A DNA stretch of 64,000 nucleotides from Alphaproteobacteria bacterium (GTDB taxonomy: Bacteria; Pseudomonadota; Alphaproteobacteria; SP197), in assembly GCA_965228895.1 (NCBI GenBank), contig OZ245842.1, positions 2,752,001-2,816,000 on the forward strand, given 5' to 3'. Below the pieces are notes generated by a model. The model searched no databases, had not been told where the DNA came from, and saw only the letters and a program-made list of their open reading frames with translations. This document shows, piece after piece, positions 1 through 9,656 of this stretch. Position 1 is the first letter of the stretch. The number at the start of each line of letters is the position of its first letter. A program made the translations under genes and the position numbers.

Positions 1-209
1 CGGCTGGCGCTGATGCCCGCCGGCGCGACGATGTCGAGGATCTGATCACGCTTGCCGGTGAAGCGCCCACTGGCGACCGCCTTGGTGATGGCGCCATCGG
101 TCAACGCATCGATTTCCTCTGCCCCGGGGCGCAGGACGCGGTTCTCGCTAATGCCGACAATCAGCGCGTCAGCGTCATCGGGAATGGTCGTCGAAAAGGC
201 AAAGTCCAT
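1..209 (-). CDS. pepA: Leucyl aminopeptidase, N-terminal part (runs off window start)
   Basis: Not in the ORF track. Reading from ATG at 209 gives MDFAFSTTIPDDADALIVGISENRVLRPGAEEIDALTDGAITKAVASGRFTGKRDQILDIVAPAG, which resembles the M17 peptidase N-domain. pepA is normally divergent from lptF in Alphaproteobacteria. Confidence 0.75.
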   Translation of the reverse strand, partial: MDFAFSTTIPDDADALIVGISENRVLRPGAEEIDALTDGAITKAVASGRFTGKRDQILDIVAPAGISAS

Positions 210-344
210 GGTGTCCTCGATTTGGGTTCGATTGTGTTTCTGTCAGGCAGCAAGGCCGTGGGCGGGTGGCGCCGATACTGGGCGCGCGGTCATTCTACCG
301 CAAGTCACCATGACGGGAAGTGCCCACGAGACGGCACCCGATCG

Positions 345-1421
345 CTATTCGAGGTGGGCCGGCAACCGCTCCGCCAGAAAGGCGCCGATCTTGCGCGATC
401 CGCTGGGTGTCGTGTGGATGGCGTCATAGAAATCCTGGGTCTCGAACACCAGCTCGCCGGCCAGGTCGATGCAGATCGCGCCGGCATCGCGGCAGAAAGC
501 GAGCAGGACGTCGTTATAGGCCTGCATCTCCAGAAAGATGCGTCCGGCACCACTGCCCGTCACCTCTTCCAATCCGGCATCGCCAACGCGGACAAGCCCG
601 ACGGGTTGCGTCACGTAGACCGGTGTCGTGCCGTAGTTTCGCGCGACCTGATCCAGCACACGTAAACGCTCGCCATAGGCGTCGAGAGCGTCTTGGTTCA
701 GTGTGATCGCGTCCACCGGTTCATAGGCGATTGTCTCGGGATTGGTGTCGACATCGCCATAGACGACATCGATATCGCGGGCCGCAATCCAGCCTTTCAG
801 ATTCTTGAACGCGCTTGAAAAGATGCTGTGGTTTCGGACGTACGTACTCAGGCGGCGCGACCACGAGGGCGAGGTCAGGCTGTCGGGCTGGGGCACCTGG
901 CCCGGCGCGACGCCGCGGTCGTTGTGGCCGACATAGATCAGTGCGTATTGCGGTGCGAGATCGGGAATGTTCGGGAACCACAACTCGAAACTCTTGATAT
1001 GACCCATGGACGAATGGCCGTCGACGCCGGCATTGGCGACAACATGGTCATAGCCTTGTGCGCGCAGCCCATCCTCCAGCACATCGGGCCAGGTATCGCC
1101 TTCGGTCGCGGCACGGTCGTTGGTCGTGCTGCCGCCCACGGCCAGAATCGTGATGGCAGATGGCTCACCATGGTCGCCGCGCAGGCCGTACGCATCGCGC
1201 TGATAAATCAGCGGGGTGCCCGCCGGGTAGTACGGGCTGTCGGTCTCCACGCGGTTGGCGTTGATGCCGACATTGAGCGAGCCGAACTCCGGCCCGAAGA
1301 TCCAGCTGCCGAGCACCAGCTCGACAGCGATCAGCAGCACCAGCAGTACGAGGAGATTGATACCGAGCGTCTTGCCCCTACGGCGCCAGCGTGATGGCGG
1401 CTCAGTCGAGTGCGAAGGCAT
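345..1421 (-). CDS. Membrane-anchored SGNH/GDSL hydrolase family protein
   Basis: N-terminal TM helix and SGNH blocks GGSTT, NAGVDG, YVGHND, DAIH. Start is uncertain (ATG 1421 or TTG 1433); it overlaps the end of the carbamoyltransferase. Confidence 0.8.
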   Translation of the reverse strand: MPSHSTEPPSRWRRRGKTLGINLLVLLVLLIAVELVLGSWIFGPEFGSLNVGINANRVETDSPYYPAGTPLIYQRDAYGLRGDHGEPSAITILAVGGSTTNDRAATEGDTWPDVLEDGLRAQGYDHVVANAGVDGHSSMGHIKSFELWFPNIPDLAPQYALIYVGHNDRGVAPGQVPQPDSLTSPSWSRRLSTYVRNHSIFSSAFKNLKGWIAARDIDVVYGDVDTNPETIAYEPVDAITLNQDALDAYGERLRVLDQVARNYGTTPVYVTQPVGLVRVGDAGLEEVTGSGAGRIFLEMQAYNDVLLAFCRDAGAICIDLAGELVFETQDFYDAIHTTPSGSRKIGAFLAERLPAHLE

Positions 1422-3237
1422 CCTTGTACTCAAGCTTGAGGGCAGGATCCTGGTCGTCCTTCAGCAGCATGCAGTTGCCGACGATTAACGCATCGAGCTC
1501 GGTGCCCATGAAACAACGGAAGGCGTCTTCCGGTGTGTTGACGATGGGCTCGCCGCGCACGTTGAAGGATGTGTTGACCAGGACCGGGCAGCCGGTGAGC
1601 GCCTTGAACGCCGTCAGCAGCGCGTGATAGCGCGGATTGGTTTCGGCATGCACGGTCTGAACCCGTGCCGAATAGTCGACATGGGTGACGGCCGGGATTT
1701 CCGAACGTTGGACATTCAGCTTGTCGATGCCGAACAGCGCCTGTTCGTCGTCGCTCATGGCGCGCTGGCGTTCACCTTTCACGTCGGCGACGAGCAGCAT
1801 GTAAGGACTGTCGACATCAATATCGAACCAGTCGGCGACATCCTCGCGCAACACCGACGGCGCGAAGGGACGGAACGACTCCCGGTACTTGACCTTCAGG
1901 TTCAGCGTCTTCTGCATGGTCGGCGAGCGGGGATCGCCCAGGATCGAGCGGCCGCCCAAGGCCCGCGGACCAAATTCCATGCGCCCCTGCATCCAGCCGA
2001 CCGCCTTTTCATCGGCCAGCAGGCGCGCGGTCGTTTCAATGACGTCGGCATCGCCAACGACCTGAAACTTGGCGCCCGCCTCGCCCAACCGCGTCTCGAT
2101 TTCGTCTTGCCCGAAGACCGGGCCCAGATAGGAGCCCTTCATGGCGTCGGTGCCGGGCTGGACCTGGCGCGGCTGACCCTTCAGACCGTAGTAGGTCGCA
2201 AGCGCCGCACCCAAAGCACCGCCGGCGTCGCCGGCCGCGGGTTGGGTCCAGATGTTTTCGAACGCACCGTCCTTGAGCACCTTGCCATTGGCAACGCAGT
2301 TGAGCGCCACGCCACCGGCCAGGCACAGGTTCTTCGATCCCGTCTCCTGGGCCAGCGACCGCGTCATGCGCAAGACCACCTCTTCGGTCACCGCCTGGAT
2401 CGAAGCCGCGAGGTCCATGTGGCGCTGGGTCAGCAACTCGTCGTCACCACGGGCCGGCCCGCCGAACAGGTTTGCGAACTTCTCGTTCGTCATGGTCAGC
2501 CCGGTGCAATAGTCGAAATAGGACTGGTCCAACCGGAAGGTGCCGTCCGGCTTGACGTCCATCAGGTTGTCGAGGATCAGGTCCTTGAAGGTCGGGTCGC
2601 CATAGGGCGCCAGGCCCATCACCTTGTATTCGCCGGAGTTGACCTTGAAGCCGGTGTAATAGGTGAATGCCGAATAGAGCAGACCGAGCGAATGCGGGAA
2701 ATGAAGCTCTTTGACGATCTCAAGCTTGTTGCCCTCGCCCATCGAGACCGATGTCGTCGTCCACTCGCCAACACCGTCCATGGTCAGCACGACGGCATCG
2801 TCGAACGGCGATGGAAAGAAGGCTGATGCCGCATGACTTTGATGATGCTCGGCGAACAGCAGTTTCTTCGCCCAATCGAACTCCTCGTTGTAGGCCTTGA
2901 GCTGCTTGCGCAGCAGATCCTTCAGGAAGAGCTTTTCTTTGAGCCAGACCGGGATCGCCATGCGGAATGATTGGAAGCCGCGCGGCGCGAACGCGACATA
3001 GGTCTCCAGCAGGCGCTCGAACTTCAGAAACGGCTTGTCGTAGAACGTGACGTGGTCGACATCGCCTAGGCCGATGCCGGCCTCTTCCAAGCAATACGCG
3101 ATCGCGTTGTCGGGGAACGCCGCATCGTGCTTCTTGCGCGTAAAACGCTCCTCCTGCGCCGCCGCGACGATGCCGGTCTCGTCGACCAGCGCCGCCGCGC
3201 TGTCGTGATAATAGGCCGAGATGCCGAGAATGCGCAT
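1402..3237 (-). CDS. CmcH/NodU/SxtI-family O-carbamoyltransferase
   Basis: MRILGISAYYHDSAA, AQEERFTRKKHD, EHHQSHAASAF, GEYKVMGLAPYG, GGVALNCVANG, KYRESFRPFAP, NTSFNVRGEP. Confidence 0.93.
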   Translation of the reverse strand: MRILGISAYYHDSAAALVDETGIVAAAQEERFTRKKHDAAFPDNAIAYCLEEAGIGLGDVDHVTFYDKPFLKFERLLETYVAFAPRGFQSFRMAIPVWLKEKLFLKDLLRKQLKAYNEEFDWAKKLLFAEHHQSHAASAFFPSPFDDAVVLTMDGVGEWTTTSVSMGEGNKLEIVKELHFPHSLGLLYSAFTYYTGFKVNSGEYKVMGLAPYGDPTFKDLILDNLMDVKPDGTFRLDQSYFDYCTGLTMTNEKFANLFGGPARGDDELLTQRHMDLAASIQAVTEEVVLRMTRSLAQETGSKNLCLAGGVALNCVANGKVLKDGAFENIWTQPAAGDAGGALGAALATYYGLKGQPRQVQPGTDAMKGSYLGPVFGQDEIETRLGEAGAKFQVVGDADVIETTARLLADEKAVGWMQGRMEFGPRALGGRSILGDPRSPTMQKTLNLKVKYRESFRPFAPSVLREDVADWFDIDVDSPYMLLVADVKGERQRAMSDDEQALFGIDKLNVQRSEIPAVTHVDYSARVQTVHAETNPRYHALLTAFKALTGCPVLVNTSFNVRGEPIVNTPEDAFRCFMGTELDALIVGNCMLLKDDQDPALKLEYKDAFALD

Positions 3238-3252
3238 GGGAGCGCGACTGAC

Positions 3253-3669
3253 CTAGAACTGGTTCCGCATGGTGTCCGGGGCCGGGCCCGGCGGCGAGCG
3301 CTCGATCCAATAGCTCGAGGCGTCCTTGTCGAAGCGCAGGCGCAACAGATCCTTGCCCAGCGTGCGCATGACAAGCCCGGTTGGCGTGACCGCAACAAAA
3401 AACATCAGCCCCATGACCACCGGGCTCATGACCTTATGGAGCAGCAGACCGAAGCGAAACCAGAGCTTGTTGAAAGGCCTGAGGCAACGCGGATAAGCGA
3501 ACGAGACGATCACGAACGCCAGCGCGATAGCGAGTGACCACAGACGCACGCCGCCATCGCCCAGAAGCGGAAACAACGCGACAACGATAAAGACCGCAGC
3601 GAACACCAGGCCAAACTGCCGTTCCGAGCCCAGCTTCACATCGCCGGATCGGTTCAGGTCTTCATGCAT
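3253..3669 (-). CDS. SxtJ-family membrane protein
   Basis: 138 aa, hydrophobic, SERQFGLVFA...GKDLLRL...SYWIER...MRNQF pattern; adjacent to the carbamoyltransferase. Confidence 0.85.
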   Translation of the reverse strand: MHEDLNRSGDVKLGSERQFGLVFAAVFIVVALFPLLGDGGVRLWSLAIALAFVIVSFAYPRCLRPFNKLWFRFGLLLHKVMSPVVMGLMFFVAVTPTGLVMRTLGKDLLRLRFDKDASSYWIERSPPGPAPDTMRNQF

Positions 3670-3891
3670 GCGCAGGACTCCGCCTAAGCCTTTGAATCAC
3701 AGATATTTTTTCGCTTCCCTCTGGCCGTGGGCCAGATTTGCACCGTATAACACGCGCCTTGGGGTAAGGAAAACCGGCAAGGTGGCTGCCTGCGGCTGGT
3801 ATGGGGATACGCCACGCTATCGCCGTCTTTGCTCGGCACGACACCCTCGGAACACTGGTTCGGACCGAAGAGCTATGCCTATAGTGCGGTG

Positions 3892-5016
3892 ATGAAAGGC
3901 TTTGTTAGCTATATCTTGCGTCAGTTGGGGTCGACGGTGGTGTTCGTGACCGTCGCGTTGACTGGCGTTGTGTGGCTCAGCCAGTCACTCCGTTTTCTCG
4001 ATTTCATCATTAACAAGGGCCTCTCGTTCATCAGCTTCGCCAAGCTGACGATGCTCCTGATGCCGACCGTGCTGGCCATCATTCTGCCGGTCGCCGCGTT
4101 CTGCGCGGTCATCTACGTCTACAACCGGCTTAACACCGATCGTGAACTGATTGTGCTGCGCGCAGCCGGGTTGAGCCCCTGGGCGCTTGCCATGCCGGCA
4201 CTTGTGATGGCGCTGTGCGTGATGGGCGCCGGCTACACCATCAACCTATACCTGATGCCCGCGGGTTTCCGCACCTTTAAGGACGAGCAATACGTCCTAC
4301 GCGCCGATTACTCCCACATTTTGCTGCAGGAAGGCGTCTTCAACAGCCTGATCGACGGCCTGACCGTCTATGTCCGCGCCCGGAATCCCAATGGCGAGGT
4401 GCTGGGTATCCTGGTCCACGACAGCCGCGAAGAAGGCGCCCCGGTCACCATGATGGCCGAGAGGGGCGCCCTGGTGTCAACGCCGGAAGGACCGCGCTTC
4501 TTGATGATCAACGGCAACCGGCAGGAAGTCTCGACCCAGGGTCAGAACATCCGGATGCTGTTCTTCGACCGCTACACGCTGGATTTGTCCGACCTAACCG
4601 AACCGCCGGCCGATCGCTATCGCGAGCCCAGGGAACGTTATCTGCACGAACTTATCGGACCACCGATCTCGGTGAGTGACGAGGAGAACCGGCCCGAACT
4701 GACCGCAGAGTTCCATCGGCGCTTGATAACGCCGGTCAACGTCATCGCGCTGACCATGATCGGTCTTGCGGCGATGATATCGGGCGAGTTCAACCGACGA
4801 CGACAGTGGCCACGCCTGATGGCCGGCATCTTGTCGGCGGTGCTTTTCATCTCGTTGTCGTTTGCGCTTGGCAACGCCCTGGTTAAGACGCCGGAAATCT
4901 TGCCTGTGTTCTATGCCTATCCTTTCGCGGCCACGGCACTGGCCGCGTTGATGCTTCAGCGCAACCGCATTCCGCGATGGTTGTACCCGCCGCAGCTACG
5001 GCGATCGGAGGCCTGA
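3892..5016 (+). CDS. lptF: LPS export ABC transporter permease LptF
   Basis: YjgP/YjgQ permease pattern (DRELIVLRAAGLS, EFHRRL); first gene of lptFG-lptD-surA. ATG 3892 chosen as start. Confidence 0.9.
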   Translation: MKGFVSYILRQLGSTVVFVTVALTGVVWLSQSLRFLDFIINKGLSFISFAKLTMLLMPTVLAIILPVAAFCAVIYVYNRLNTDRELIVLRAAGLSPWALAMPALVMALCVMGAGYTINLYLMPAGFRTFKDEQYVLRADYSHILLQEGVFNSLIDGLTVYVRARNPNGEVLGILVHDSREEGAPVTMMAERGALVSTPEGPRFLMINGNRQEVSTQGQNIRMLFFDRYTLDLSDLTEPPADRYREPRERYLHELIGPPISVSDEENRPELTAEFHRRLITPVNVIALTMIGLAAMISGEFNRRRQWPRLMAGILSAVLFISLSFALGNALVKTPEILPVFYAYPFAATALAALMLQRNRIPRWLYPPQLRRSEA

Positions 5017-5021
5017 AGTCC

Positions 5022-6116
5022 ATGCGGCTCTCCTATCTGCTGTCGCGCTACATCGGACGCCAGTTCCTGATCTCGATCGGGCTTGTCTTCCTGCTCATCA
5101 TGGGCGTCGCGTTTCTGATCGATGCCGTCAACCTGGGCGACCGGGCGGCATCGCGCGAGGGTGCCGGCTTGATCGTGATCATCGAAATGGCGCTGTTGCG
5201 CGTGCCCTACATCGCGCAAAAGGTGCTTCCCTTCGCGGTGCTGTTCGGCACCATGCTGACCTATCTATGGCTGACGCGGACCAATGAACTTGTCGTGTCG
5301 CGCGCTGCCGGCGTTTCGGTCTGGCAGTTTCTGCTGCCCTCCCTGTCGATCGCGCTGTGCCTGGGGATCTTCGTGGTGACGGTTTTCAATCCCCTGTCGT
5401 CCGCCTTTATCTCGCGCTATGAACAGATGGAGGCGCAGTATCTTCGGGGGCAGTCCAGCTTGTTGACGGTTTCGGGCAGCGGCCTCTGGCTGCGCGACGG
5501 CGACGGCGACGAGCAGATGGTGATTCATGCCGAGCGGGTTTCTCAGAGCGGCACCGAGCTGTCTGATGTGATCATTTTCCTGTATGAGGATGTCGACCGT
5601 TTCGCGGAGCGCATCGATGCCAGAGCAGCAACCTTGCATGACGGCTATTGGGAGTTGGACGACGCGCTGGTGACGAGTCCGGAGATGACCGCCGCGTTCG
5701 CGAAGACCTATCGCATCGATACGGAGCTTACGGTCGGTCGCATCCAAGACAGCTTTGCGCCACCCGATACCATGTCGTTCTGGGATCTGCCGGAGTTCAT
5801 CCAATCGCTGGAAAAAGCCGGGTTCTCAGGGCTTAGGCACCGCATCCACTGGCACTCGATCCTTTCGATACCCCTCTTGTTATCGGCAATGGTTCTGGTG
5901 GCGGCCAGTTTCTCACTGCGGCTGACACGGCGCGGCCGTCTTGGGATTTTCGTTCTGGCCGGCCTGATGACGGGTTTCCTACTCTATTTCACGTCGGACG
6001 TATCGCTGGCCCTGGGCATGTCGGGCAGCCTGCCAGCGATCCTCTCGGCCTGGGCGCCGGCAACAATTTTCGCGCTGATAGGCACCGCCCTTTTGTTTCA
6101 CCTGGAGGATGGATGA
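5022..6116 (+). CDS. lptG: LPS export ABC transporter permease LptG
   Basis: LSRYIGRQF, ELVVSRAAGVSVWQFL, C-terminal LLFHLEDG. Confidence 0.92.
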   Translation: MRLSYLLSRYIGRQFLISIGLVFLLIMGVAFLIDAVNLGDRAASREGAGLIVIIEMALLRVPYIAQKVLPFAVLFGTMLTYLWLTRTNELVVSRAAGVSVWQFLLPSLSIALCLGIFVVTVFNPLSSAFISRYEQMEAQYLRGQSSLLTVSGSGLWLRDGDGDEQMVIHAERVSQSGTELSDVIIFLYEDVDRFAERIDARAATLHDGYWELDDALVTSPEMTAAFAKTYRIDTELTVGRIQDSFAPPDTMSFWDLPEFIQSLEKAGFSGLRHRIHWHSILSIPLLLSAMVLVAASFSLRLTRRGRLGIFVLAGLMTGFLLYFTSDVSLALGMSGSLPAILSAWAPATIFALIGTALLFHLEDG

Positions 6117-8293
6117 CACAGCGCAGGCTTGGGCGCTGCCTGCTAGGTTTCGTTGCCACGCTGTTGTTGTGGCTGCCGCAAGGTGGCCTGGCACAGGACG
6201 ACGGCGGCAGCCTTCTGGACGCCGGCAGCCTGAGCGACAACGTCGTCTTGCAGGCCGACGAGATCCGCTATGACCAGGCGCTACAGATCGTTACGGCCAG
6301 CGGCAACGTCGAGATCGCCAGCGCCGGGCGCATTCTTCAGGCCGATACCATCTCCTACAACCAAAACACCGATATCGTAACGGCGTCCGGCAACATCGTG
6401 CTGCTGGAACCGACCGGCGAAGTGTTCTTCTCCGATTATGTCGAGTTAACCGGCGACTTGAAGAGCGGTGTCATCAGCGGGATACGCATCTTGCTTGACG
6501 ACAACACACGCGTCGCCGCCAACGGCGCGCGGCGCACCGGCGGCGTCGTCACCGAGATGCGCAAGGGCGTCTACAGTCCGTGCGATCTTTGTGAGGACGA
6601 CCCCAACGCCGCACCGCTGTGGCAGGTCAAGGCGGTCAAGATCGTTCATAATCAGGAAACGCGCGACGTCGAATACTACGACACCTTCTTTGAAGTGTTC
6701 GGCGTTCCCATCGGGTACTCGCCCTACTTCCGCCACCCCGACCCGACCGTCAAACGGCGCAGCGGTTTTCTGGCGCCCAGCTACGGCTCGAACAGCAATC
6801 TGGGGCTGATCCTGAACGTCCCCTATTACTTCAACCTGGCGCCCAACCGCGACGCCACGCTGACCACCATGCTGCTGACCAAGGAAGCGCCGGTCTTCCT
6901 GGGCGAGTACCGGGCCTTGACGGGCGCAGGCGGCTACTGGCTCGACGGCGCGTTGACCTATGCCGAAGCGCGCGACAATACCGGCGAGGAACTGGACGGC
7001 AACGAGTTCCGCTATTTCATCAAGGGCGATGGGCAGTGGGACTACGACAGTACGTGGCGCTACGGCTTCGACCTTTACCGTAGCTCCGACGACACGTTCC
7101 TCGATCGCTACAACTTCGACAACGTCGACACGCTGACGTCCGACGTCTACGTCGAGGGTTTCCGCAACCGCTCCTATGCGTCGGCGTCTTCTTACGTCTT
7201 TCAGGGACTGCGCGCGAGCGACGATCAGGATCAGATCCCCGTCGTGCTGCCCTGGCTCGACTATCAGTTGGTAACGAACCCCGCAGCCGATGGCAGCTTC
7301 TTCACGCTCGACGCCAGCGCGCTGGCGCTGACGCGCCAGGAAGGCACCGACACGCAACGCGTCTCCGTCGGCGCCGCGTACGAAATGCCCTATCTTGCCG
7401 ATGACGGTCAACTCCTGACCTTCAGGGCTTCAGTCCGGGGCGACGGCTATAACGTCAACGATGTCGCTGTCGGCAATGGCCAGCCAAACGAGGATGGCTT
7501 TGATGGCCGCATTTGGCCCGTGGCCTCACTTGAATGGCGCTATCCGTTTGTTCGTCAGTCCGGCGGCATTCAGCAGGTCATCGAACCGATCGTCATGGGC
7601 GTCATCAGCCCCAACGGCGGCAATCCATCAGGCATCCCCAACGAAGACAGCCAGGATTTCGAGTTCGACGACATCAACCTGTTCTCGGAGAATCGCTTCC
7701 CCGGCATCGACCGTGTCGAGGGCGGCCCAAGGATCAACTACGGTATTCGCCTGGGGGCTTTCGGCGCCAACGGCGGTCGTACTGAAGTTCTGGTTGGGCA
7801 AGTCTACCGCGCCCGGGTCGACGATACGTTCTCGCCCGGCACGGGTCTGGACTCGCACTTCTCCCACTTTGTCGGCCGTGTACTGGTCAGCCCCAACCAG
7901 TATCTTGATCTGCTCTATCGGTTCCGTATCGACAACGAGAGCTTCGCCGTGCGGCGCAGCGAACTGGGCTTCACCGCAGGTCCCGACTGGCTGCGCGTCA
8001 GCGCGACCTATGTTCGCTTGAAAGACGATCCCAACCTTGTCGTCGACACGACGGAGGAACGTGAGCAGCTCTTCACCAGTGCGATCCTCAACTTTGGCGA
8101 CGGCTGGTCAGCGACCGGCAATTGGCGCGAGGATTTGACCGGCGCCGGCACCATCTCCTACGGCGCCGGTCTGCTCTATGAAAACGAGTGCATCGTCATC
8201 GAGGCCGGCGTCGATCGCAGCTTTACCGAGAATCGCGATGTTCAGCCGGATACGACCTTCCTGGTGACGATCCGCCTGAAGCAACTGGGCTAG
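6113..8293 (+). CDS. lptD: LPS assembly outer-membrane protein LptD
   Basis: Signal peptide, OstA-like N-domain, YSPCDLC, RRSGFLAPS, PNEDS, YENEC; synteny. Confidence 0.92.
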   Translation: MTQRRLGRCLLGFVATLLLWLPQGGLAQDDGGSLLDAGSLSDNVVLQADEIRYDQALQIVTASGNVEIASAGRILQADTISYNQNTDIVTASGNIVLLEPTGEVFFSDYVELTGDLKSGVISGIRILLDDNTRVAANGARRTGGVVTEMRKGVYSPCDLCEDDPNAAPLWQVKAVKIVHNQETRDVEYYDTFFEVFGVPIGYSPYFRHPDPTVKRRSGFLAPSYGSNSNLGLILNVPYYFNLAPNRDATLTTMLLTKEAPVFLGEYRALTGAGGYWLDGALTYAEARDNTGEELDGNEFRYFIKGDGQWDYDSTWRYGFDLYRSSDDTFLDRYNFDNVDTLTSDVYVEGFRNRSYASASSYVFQGLRASDDQDQIPVVLPWLDYQLVTNPAADGSFFTLDASALALTRQEGTDTQRVSVGAAYEMPYLADDGQLLTFRASVRGDGYNVNDVAVGNGQPNEDGFDGRIWPVASLEWRYPFVRQSGGIQQVIEPIVMGVISPNGGNPSGIPNEDSQDFEFDDINLFSENRFPGIDRVEGGPRINYGIRLGAFGANGGRTEVLVGQVYRARVDDTFSPGTGLDSHFSHFVGRVLVSPNQYLDLLYRFRIDNESFAVRRSELGFTAGPDWLRVSATYVRLKDDPNLVVDTTEEREQLFTSAILNFGDGWSATGNWREDLTGAGTISYGAGLLYENECIVIEAGVDRSFTENRDVQPDTTFLVTIRLKQLG

Positions 8294-8363
8294 CTTCCGA
8301 TGCCTGCCTTGATTTCACCCAACTTCTTGTAACAAGGTCTGTCCCCGGGAAACGCCATAAACA

Positions 8364-9632
8364 ATGTCCGCGAGCAAAACCTTCATTCGTAGCGTCGCCT
8401 CCATCGTCCTGATTGTGGCCATATCTGTCATGGCGCCGTCCGCGCGTGCGCAGGACTCAATCCGCATCGCGGCGGTCGTCAACGACCACGCAATTTCTGT
8501 TCTGGACGTGTTCGAGCGCATGGCGATCGTCTTCGTGACCGCAAACCTGGAGGACACCCAAGAAATTCGCCAACGCCTGTTTCCCCAGGTGCTGCGCACC
8601 TTGATCGACGAACGCCTGCAGATTCAGGAGGGCGAGCGGATCGGATACACCGTGAGCGAGGGACAACTGACCGCGGCGGCACAGCTTGTTGAGCAATCCC
8701 TTGGTCTGCAACCTGGCCAGCTGGACTCCTATCTGTCATTCAACCGCCTGAGCCGCGATGCGCTGATGAGCGAGCTGGAAGCAGAGATCATGTGGACGCG
8801 TTTGGTTCAAGATCGGATGCGCGACGACAATATTTCCGACGAAGAGGTCACCGAGATTCTGGAGCGCATCGAGGCAAGCTCCAACGAGCGCTCGTTTCTG
8901 TTGGCCGAGATTTTCCTCGCCGTCGACGAGCCAGAACGCGAAGGTGAGATTCTGGCCAATGCGCAACGCCTGGCGGAGGCACTGCGCTCCGGCGCAAGCT
9001 TCTCCGCCATCGCTCGTCAGTTCTCGCAAAGCGCCAGCAGCGCGACCGGCGGCGATCTGGGGTGGATCTTCGAGACCCAGTTGACGGATGAACTGCGCAG
9101 CGTCGTAACGCAAATGCCCGTGGGATCGCTGTCCCAGCCCATTCGCGTCATCGGCGGGTATGCCCTGGTGCTGTTGCGTGACGAACGCGTCGGCTTCGGC
9201 GCCACCGATCCGGATCCACCGATTGTTATGCGCCAGGCGTTGCTGCCGGTCCAGGCAGCGGCGACCGAGGAGGAACTGAGCCTTCAGGCAGCGGAAATCA
9301 AAGAGGCCATTGCCACTTGTGATGATCTGGATACGCTGGCCGCCAGCTTTCCCGCCGCACAATTCAGCCCGCCCATCACGCTGCGCATGAGCGAGTTGCA
9401 GCCGGTTTTCACGGATACAGTGAACAGCCTGCCGACCGGGCAGCCGTCCGAACCGGTCCGCACCGAGCTTGGCTACCACATTGTCCTTGTCTGCGAACGT
9501 TCGGAGTCATCAGGGGGGCTGCCCACGCGTCAGGAAATTCGTCAGACACTTGAAGACGAACAGTTCGACCTGGTCTCGCGCGGCTATCTCCGCGACCTCC
9601 GGCGCCAGGCGTTTGTCGACATCCGCATCTAG
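8364..9632 (+). CDS. surA: Periplasmic chaperone/PPIase SurA
   Basis: IAAVVNDHAIS, LIDERLQIQE, parvulin motif FSAIARQFSQ..GGDLGW, YLRDLRRQAFVDIR. Confidence 0.9.
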   Translation: MSASKTFIRSVASIVLIVAISVMAPSARAQDSIRIAAVVNDHAISVLDVFERMAIVFVTANLEDTQEIRQRLFPQVLRTLIDERLQIQEGERIGYTVSEGQLTAAAQLVEQSLGLQPGQLDSYLSFNRLSRDALMSELEAEIMWTRLVQDRMRDDNISDEEVTEILERIEASSNERSFLLAEIFLAVDEPEREGEILANAQRLAEALRSGASFSAIARQFSQSASSATGGDLGWIFETQLTDELRSVVTQMPVGSLSQPIRVIGGYALVLLRDERVGFGATDPDPPIVMRQALLPVQAAATEEELSLQAAEIKEAIATCDDLDTLAASFPAAQFSPPITLRMSELQPVFTDTVNSLPTGQPSEPVRTELGYHIVLVCERSESSGGLPTRQEIRQTLEDEQFDLVSRGYLRDLRRQAFVDIRI

Positions 9633-9656
9633 GGCCCGGATGCGGCGCGCTGGGCT

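Noticed and set aside
1402-3669. Saxitoxin biosynthesis
   Set aside because: Only SxtI/SxtJ-like genes are present. There is no sxtA, sxtG or other core gene, and these families are widespread outside toxin producers.
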